Positions 58,703 to 64,000 of a stretch of 64,000 nucleotides of DNA are shown here, piece after piece (position 1 is the first letter of the stretch; the number at the start of each line of letters is the position of its first letter). The notes beneath the pieces are model-generated. The model ran no database searches and was not told where the DNA came from. It saw nothing but the letters and a program-made list of their open reading frames with translations. Location: the NCBI GenBank assembly GCA_947629265.1, contig CANRCZ010000002.1, positions 6,567 to 70,566 of the forward strand, written 5' to 3'. The DNA comes from an uncultured Bacilli bacterium (lineage in GTDB: Bacteria; Bacillota_I; Bacilli_A; RF39; UBA660). The position numbers and the translations under genes are program-made.

Positions 58703-58892
58703 AATTTCACCCCCTTTCACTTTTAAAAGTAAAGGGGAATAGTACCTAAACTAACTAAGTATTCCTAAAGTAATTATATCAAACTTTTGTTTGTAACACA
58801 ATAGTTTTTGTAATAAATTTATTACAAATTACAAATAGCTATAGAATTAAATTGTTTATTTATTTGTGGTGTTGATTTTGGACTATTTTAAC

Positions 58893-59012
58893 TATCGCAC
58901 CATATAGATATCAACCTCGGAAAATTCGAGCAAAATAGAGAACTTGCGAAAAGTTCTTTTTTATGTTATTATGAACATGTCAAGGAAACTTGACCAAAAT
59001 GAAAAGGATACA
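58893..59012 (+). repeat. copy 2 of the direct repeat (TTGCGA-17-TATTAT promoter)
   Basis: See copy 1. Drives transcription into 59013-59225, a hairpin-rich region. Confidence 0.7.
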
Positions 59013-59332
59013 TTTGATTGCGTGAATCAGATGTTATCCCTTGTGGAGTGCATCTGAAATCAACGATTGTTGAAATCAGATGTTTTTATTATTTAAGTTT
59101 CAAAGGTGTCGAATTCGACACCTTTGAAATTGAAGCTACTAGTAATAAATTTAAAATATCTCCACAAAAATTGATTAAAGAAACAAATACAATTGAAATA
59201 ATATCTAAATCAAGTAATCTATAAATTAAATATTTTATTTAAAAAATCATAAAAACTCAATTTTTGCATATAATAATATGAACACTTGACGTACGTAAAA
59301 AAGTACGTTATAATTGAATTGAGGTGAGAGCT

Positions 59333-59590
59333 ATGAGTACAATAAATATAACTAATGCAAGAGCTAATTTATATCAGTTGGTATCAGACGTAAATGTTGG
59401 ATTTAATCCAATTACGATCGTTAATAATAAAGGAAAAAATGCTGTTTTAATATCAGAAGATGAATGGAAAAATATTGAAGAAACTTTGTTTTTATCAAGT
59501 ATACCAGGCTATGTTGAAAATATAAATGATATAAGAAATAACGAAAATTGGACTAATGCTAAGGAATATAAAGAAGATGAGGAATGGTAA
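59333..59590 (+). CDS. yefM: YefM/Phd-type antitoxin
   Basis: MSTINITNARANLYQLVSDV...AVLISEDEWKNIEETL is typical of YefM. An operator-like inverted repeat ACGTACGT-a6-GTACGT lies between the -35 TTGACG and -10 TATAAT upstream. Confidence 0.65.
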   Translation: MSTINITNARANLYQLVSDVNVGFNPITIVNNKGKNAVLISEDEWKNIEETLFLSSIPGYVENINDIRNNENWTNAKEYKEDEEW

Positions 59591-59858
59591 TTCTTATATA
59601 ATTAAATTTTCTAAACAAGCAGAAAAAGATAAAATTAAACTTAAAAATGCTAATTTAGATAAAAATTGTAAAAATATATTAAATTTAATTCTTGAAGATC
59701 CATTTTGTTATCCACCAACCTATGAAAAATCAATAGGTGAATTAGCTGGTTTATATTCTAGAAGAATAAATAGACAACATAGAATTGTGTATGAGGTTGA
59801 TGAAACTAAAAAAGAAATTCACATTTTAAGGATGTGGACACATTATGAAAAATTGTGA
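59577..59858 (+). CDS. yoeB: YoeB/Txe-type ribosome-dependent mRNA interferase toxin
   Basis: C-terminal ...LYSRRINRQHRIVYEVDETKKEIHILRMWTHYE matches the YoeB signature (R..H..HRLVY.....i.v..c..HY). Start overlaps the yefM stop (ATGAGGAATGGTAA). Confidence 0.65.
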   Translation: MRNGNSYIIKFSKQAEKDKIKLKNANLDKNCKNILNLILEDPFCYPPTYEKSIGELAGLYSRRINRQHRIVYEVDETKKEIHILRMWTHYEKL

Positions 59859-60068
59859 TTATCAAAATATAATTTAATTAAAATATTATAAAATACTATA
59901 AAAATATGGTATAATAAATAACCAATAAAGGAGGAATTTTATATGGGATTATTTAATAAAAAGAATATCGAAAGAAATTATCCAACTTATGAAGAATATA
60001 TTGAAAATATTGAAAAAATATAAGAAGAAGAATTAAAATCCGATAGATATATCTTAGCAAGAGCTTTT

Positions 60069-60767
60069 TTGATTAATAATTATTGGAATAGACAAAATAG
60101 AAATTTAGAAGATGAACTATTTGAAATGGTAGGAACATATGGTACTAAAGATGAAATGTTTAATGTGTCAAATGATTATAAAAAAACCGCTAGATTAAAA
60201 AGATATGCTAAGTTAAAAAGCTTTATCGATTCACTAACTGAAGAAGAAATTGCTTCAAATATATTTTTAAAAAGTGCAAATTCATTTATGAAAACAAGTA
60301 CTAAGGATTGTAGTATCATCTTAGATGAGCTAAATGAAACGATAAGTAGTGGAAATGAATCAAATACAATAACAGTAAATTGCGATATTCCAGATGAAAC
60401 TCAAGAACTTATACCAGAATATATAGATAACACAAAATCTATTAAATATTACCGACCTGAATGGTATCAAGAAGAATGTATTAATGTTTTGAATTATAAT
60501 TATATGAAAGTTTACCGTGATTACAATGACTGTGTATCAAAAATTGGTAAAATCGCTGAAGATATCTACTTTTTAAACTTAAACAATGTATTAGCGACCC
60601 TTTCAACTGACTTAATGTGTTATCATTTTCAAGTTTATCATCCAGGAAAGAATAATCATTTTATTGCATCGTTTGCTGTGAATAATAAAGAAGCAAATAA
60701 AATAGATATGGCTATTTTAAATGAACAAACTGATGGAAAAGTTTTAAAAAAGACCATAAATAACTAA
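60069..60767 (+). CDS. hypothetical protein
   Basis: 232-aa ORF with no recognisable motif. Confidence 0.3.
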   Translation: MINNYWNRQNRNLEDELFEMVGTYGTKDEMFNVSNDYKKTARLKRYAKLKSFIDSLTEEEIASNIFLKSANSFMKTSTKDCSIILDELNETISSGNESNTITVNCDIPDETQELIPEYIDNTKSIKYYRPEWYQEECINVLNYNYMKVYRDYNDCVSKIGKIAEDIYFLNLNNVLATLSTDLMCYHFQVYHPGKNNHFIASFAVNNKEANKIDMAILNEQTDGKVLKKTINN

Positions 60768-61067
60768 ACAAAGTAACTAAGTATTACGTTAATTTATAAA
60801 CTTTATAAAATATAGTTAGCAGATTAATCGCTTGCTTTTTATTTAAGATACTGTATATATAATTGGCATAATTTATAAACATATACATATATATTAATGA
60901 ATTATGTTTTAATTTGTATAATAAAGTTTATTTTTATATAAATAGTCATATCATATAAAAATAAAAATAGAGGTGATTATATGAAAAAGTGTATCGTTTT
61001 ACTTTATCATAATTTAAAATTTGGTTGTATTAATGTATTAATTTCAAAATAAAAAAAGGAGGGATTA

Positions 61068-61756
61068 ATGCAAATACAATTATCGATGAATTATATAATT
61101 TAAACTATCAATTTTTACAAAACAATAAAAACGGTTTAAAAGTAAATGGTAAAAATTATATATATAAAATAGGAAAAATACCAATCGTATTATCAGCACC
61201 ACATGCTGTAAGACAATCTAGAAATTCCCAAGTTAAACCGAGTGATTATCTAACAGGACCACTAGCTATTTACTTATCAAAAAGGTGTGAATGTTCTTAC
61301 TTTGTTAGAGTTTATAATGATAATGACGATCCTAATTATCCTTTAGGTACGACCTTATTAAATATCCAAAATGATTACTTAAAAGAATTAAAAAAATTTA
61401 TTCAACTGTATAATCAATTTTTAGTGATAGATATCCACGGATGTAAGGACATAAAACAATATGATTGTAGTTTATGGTCTAATAATTATGATACTTGTGA
61501 TAAGGAGATTATTAAAATATTTGAAAATAACTTTAATCATGTTAATCTATCAGTTGATAACGGCAGTGAATATTCAGGTGGGCAAGTAGCTAGACAATGT
61601 TCTTTAGTTACTAATGCCTTTCAAATAGAAATAAAAAGAAAAATAAGATCCTTAGAATTAGAAAATTATTACCTATTAAAAGCGTTTATTGATTCAGCAT
61701 CAAAATCTATTTATGAAACTTATGATTATTCTATGAAACTAACAAAGGTAAAATAG
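61068..61756 (+). pseudogene. possibly frameshifted gene (metallo-carboxypeptidase/AstE-AspA-like DxH motif)
   Basis: An excellent SD (AAGGAGGG) plus the ATG at 61068 runs into a stop after 11 codons. A long, start-codon-free open frame in another phase (…IVLSAPHAVRQ…VIDIHGCKD…) continues into track ORF 61424-61756. My hand count in this stretch was unreliable. Confidence 0.25.
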
Positions 61757-61840
61757 ATAGTAATATAAATGATAAAAGTAACAACTTGCTATTGTTACTT
61801 TTTAATTATTATTTTATAAAATAATAATTATAACTTGTTA

Positions 61841-62293
61841 TTAAAGATCAAATTTATATAGATATTCACCTGATTTTAATTTCTTTATAAAAATAGCACC
61901 AAATTTTTCATAATAATTTTCTAGATTAGTTTTTAAATATATGGTTTTAAAACCTCTTTTTTTAGCTTCTTTTAATATGGCATCGTTTAATATTTTAGAG
62001 TATCCTTTATTTCTATATTCCTTTTTTACATACATTGTTGCATACCAAGGAGTTAATGTGGGTTCTTCATCACAATCACTTGGAAAAATCGATATAAAAC
62101 CTAATAATTTATCATCATCGATTAAAATTAATTTACAAAAAGATTTATTATCAAACATTTTACAAATTTTCTTTTTTTTATTTAAAATTCTATCAAGTTT
62201 ATTTTTATTTGGATAAAGCGCCCATTCTTCATATTCTAACTTGGCGATTTCATCTAAGTATTCTACCTTATCCTTTAAATTAAATATTTCCAT
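61841..62293 (-). CDS. GNAT family N-acetyltransferase
   Basis: Acetyl-CoA binding region ...RNKGYSKILNDAILKEAKKRGFKTIYL. Length 150 aa. Confidence 0.6.
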   Translation of the reverse strand: MEIFNLKDKVEYLDEIAKLEYEEWALYPNKNKLDRILNKKKKICKMFDNKSFCKLILIDDDKLLGFISIFPSDCDEEPTLTPWYATMYVKKEYRNKGYSKILNDAILKEAKKRGFKTIYLKTNLENYYEKFGAIFIKKLKSGEYLYKFDL

Positions 62294-62470
62294 CTATTTT
62301 CTCCTTAAAATGTTTTCTTTAAAATATTATATCATCAAATACTGATACTTTAATCTATATTTTTAATTTTTATAAAGTATAATAATATTAAAAAAATAAT
62401 CATAAAAGTCGTGACTTTGCTAGATATTTATGATAAAATAACTGTTACTAGAGAAAGGAGGTTTATCTAA

Positions 62471-63184
62471 ATGACAGATGAAATGGCTAAAAAATATGAA
62501 TTTTATAAAAATGATAAAAATGTATTAGTAGATTATGATGAAATATTGTTACTTTATCCAGAATATTATAAAACCAAAAGTGAATTACAAGATTTAGATT
62601 TTATTTCTAAAGATGATGCTGAAGATTACTTTGAACGTCATTATCGAAACTCAAAATTATATGAAGAATTAGCTAGTGTAGCAATGACTGATGATGAAAT
62701 TTATGACTTGATGAAACATAATATGGAATTTAAGTATTCACGTGTAAGCTCACTATATAAAAAGGCAGTTACATCAGTTATCCAACTTTGTGATTTAATT
62801 AATTATATCGGTCATTATCCAACAACTTATCCATTACCAAAAGATGAAGAAAAAGATATGGATATGGAGATATTGCTAGAAAAATATGATATTTTAGTTA
62901 GATATCGTTTAATTGATGAAATTAATAAAATGCAAATTACATCTGATGACGTTGTAAGAATTATTGAAACGTTAAAATCAAGAATGAAATATGTTACAGC
63001 GATAATTAGAAAAACTTATAGCAATACCTGGTTGTTAACTAGAAATATGAAAGAAGAAAAGATCGATCAAATATTTAATGAATTAACTGAAACATTTGAT
63101 GATTTCCCTTTATCTATTTATCAAGAACAAAATAGATCGATAAGAGAAGAGGAAAAAAGACATTTAAAAAGACAAAATATTTAA
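62471..63184 (+). CDS. hypothetical protein
   Basis: 237-aa ORF. Confidence 0.3.
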   Translation: MTDEMAKKYEFYKNDKNVLVDYDEILLLYPEYYKTKSELQDLDFISKDDAEDYFERHYRNSKLYEELASVAMTDDEIYDLMKHNMEFKYSRVSSLYKKAVTSVIQLCDLINYIGHYPTTYPLPKDEEKDMDMEILLEKYDILVRYRLIDEINKMQITSDDVVRIIETLKSRMKYVTAIIRKTYSNTWLLTRNMKEEKIDQIFNELTETFDDFPLSIYQEQNRSIREEEKRHLKRQNI

Positions 63185-63255
63185 TGAATTAGTATAAATA
63201 AAAAATAGTTATATCACAAAACGACTTTTAAGTAAGCCGTTTTTAATTTTAAATA

Positions 63256-63837
63256 TTAAAGGGTAGGATTATCCTTTTTCTTTGACAATTGATGATTTTT
63301 AAATGTTTCGATATTGTCTGTAATCTCCATATTTTCAGTATTGGATAAAGATAACTCTTCAAATAATTCACAAATATCTAACTGTTCATCAAAATCTTTA
63401 CGCATTTCATCTAAAGTTTCTTTTAATTTTGAATTAGATACACTATAATTAATCTCGGAAACGAGTTGTCTTTTCATTTCTTCATTTTTTTCATTCGCTA
63501 TTACTTTAGCATCTTCATAACAATCGAATATATCAGAAACAGTATCATATACATATGGATTAAAGCTAGCATAACAAGTAGGTATAATTTTTTTGTCCAT
63601 AATTTCTTCACTGTTATTACGTAAGGATATTTTAAAATCACTTAAGTCTTTATAAGGAAAGATTACTTGATGAAAGATTTTGCTTTCACCGTTTGGAAAA
63701 TATTTGATACCTGATTCGATCACCCAACATTTAGAAACAATGTAACCTCGAACGATATCTTGATAGCTGCAATAGTAACCACCAGTTTCTTTTAATTCTA
63801 ATACAGCATATTTTATTGGAAATTTATTATCATTCAT
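63256..63837 (-). CDS. hypothetical protein
   Basis: 193-aa ORF. Confidence 0.3.
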   Translation of the reverse strand: MNDNKFPIKYAVLELKETGGYYCSYQDIVRGYIVSKCWVIESGIKYFPNGESKIFHQVIFPYKDLSDFKISLRNNSEEIMDKKIIPTCYASFNPYVYDTVSDIFDCYEDAKVIANEKNEEMKRQLVSEINYSVSNSKLKETLDEMRKDFDEQLDICELFEELSLSNTENMEITDNIETFKNHQLSKKKDNPTL

Positions 63838-64000
63838 TTAAAACACCCCCAAAATAAGTTCATTTCAATATAAAATATCGACAATTAACGATATTTTACC
63901 ACAAATTTCTCTAAATGTCTTAAAAAATTATAAATTTTATGATAAAAAGTTGTTATCGATTAAAAAAATGATTGGATTAAACTGATATATATCTATTTAT

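Noticed and set aside
59018-59224. 68-aa ORF in the track (MRESDVIPCGVHLKSTIVEIRCFYYLSF...)
   Set aside because: It starts right after the duplicated promoter module, has no SD, and the DNA is full of hairpins (TCAGATG...CATCTGA, CAAAGGTGTCGAATTCGACACCTTTG). It is more likely a structured non-coding leader or RNA than a protein. I could not assign it to a known RNA family.
1-64000. Alternative genetic code (UGA=Trp, Mollicute-like), considered because of the very low GC content
   Set aside because: Many confidently identified genes terminate in TGA (for example 8-430 and 17519-18349) and read through to sensible ends. prfA and cell-wall genes murG/murB are present. The standard code fits.
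1-64000. CRISPR arrays
   Set aside because: No regularly spaced short direct repeats found. The only direct repeats are the ~110-nt promoter module (two copies) and intragenic protein-coding repeats.

Overview
Low-GC (about 28-30 % GC) Firmicutes-type chromosomal segment using the standard genetic code. ORFs end in TGA, so this is not a code-4 Mollicute. A murG-murB-divIB cluster and sporulation genes (sigK with its pro-sequence, yqfC/yqfD) point to a spore-former lineage, possibly Erysipelotrichia-like. The housekeeping backbone is murG, murB, divIB, gltX, miaB, engB, der, parC, prfA, prmC, ybeY, cdd, era, recO, argS, a small alarmone synthetase, tRNA-Gln and tRNA-Thr.

Accessory material is interleaved with it. 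(1) Five paralogous cassettes pair a tiny divergent XRE-family HTH regulator with a membrane-anchored or secreted protein ending in a conserved two-cysteine domain of about 190 aa that closes in GFRPV(V/I)VLK (P1 16240, P2 17519, P3 39607, P4 40862, P5 49117). Each cassette has its own palindromic operator. Three copies carry a C-terminal hypervariable stretch whose codons are overwhelmingly NNC/AAC, the codon signature of diversity-generating-retroelement variable regions. No reverse transcriptase or template repeat is present in the window. (2) P4 is a 1090-aa fusion of a type IV prepilin N-terminus, three fibronectin-III-like repeats, a Big_2 domain and the family C-terminal domain. A G9 tract puts its SD-linked ATG out of frame. 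It sits upstream of a C39-peptidase ABC exporter and two unannotated double-glycine-leader peptides. (3) An RloC-like Rad50-type ATPase/anticodon nuclease. (4) Simple-sequence contingency tracts: G9 in an Acyltransferase_3 gene, and (TA)9 and (TA)10 in two MBOAT-partner paralogs. (5) A tRNA-Thr-associated islet carrying a candidate type I toxin-antitoxin (30-aa hydrophobic peptide plus convergent sRNA), yefM-yoeB, a duplicated ~110-nt promoter module and a GNAT gene. (6) A mutS N-terminal remnant next to a GC-rich hairpin.

Coordinates for features I derived by hand (tRNAs, small peptides, operators) may be off by a few nt. CDS boundaries follow the supplied ORF track except where a better start is noted.
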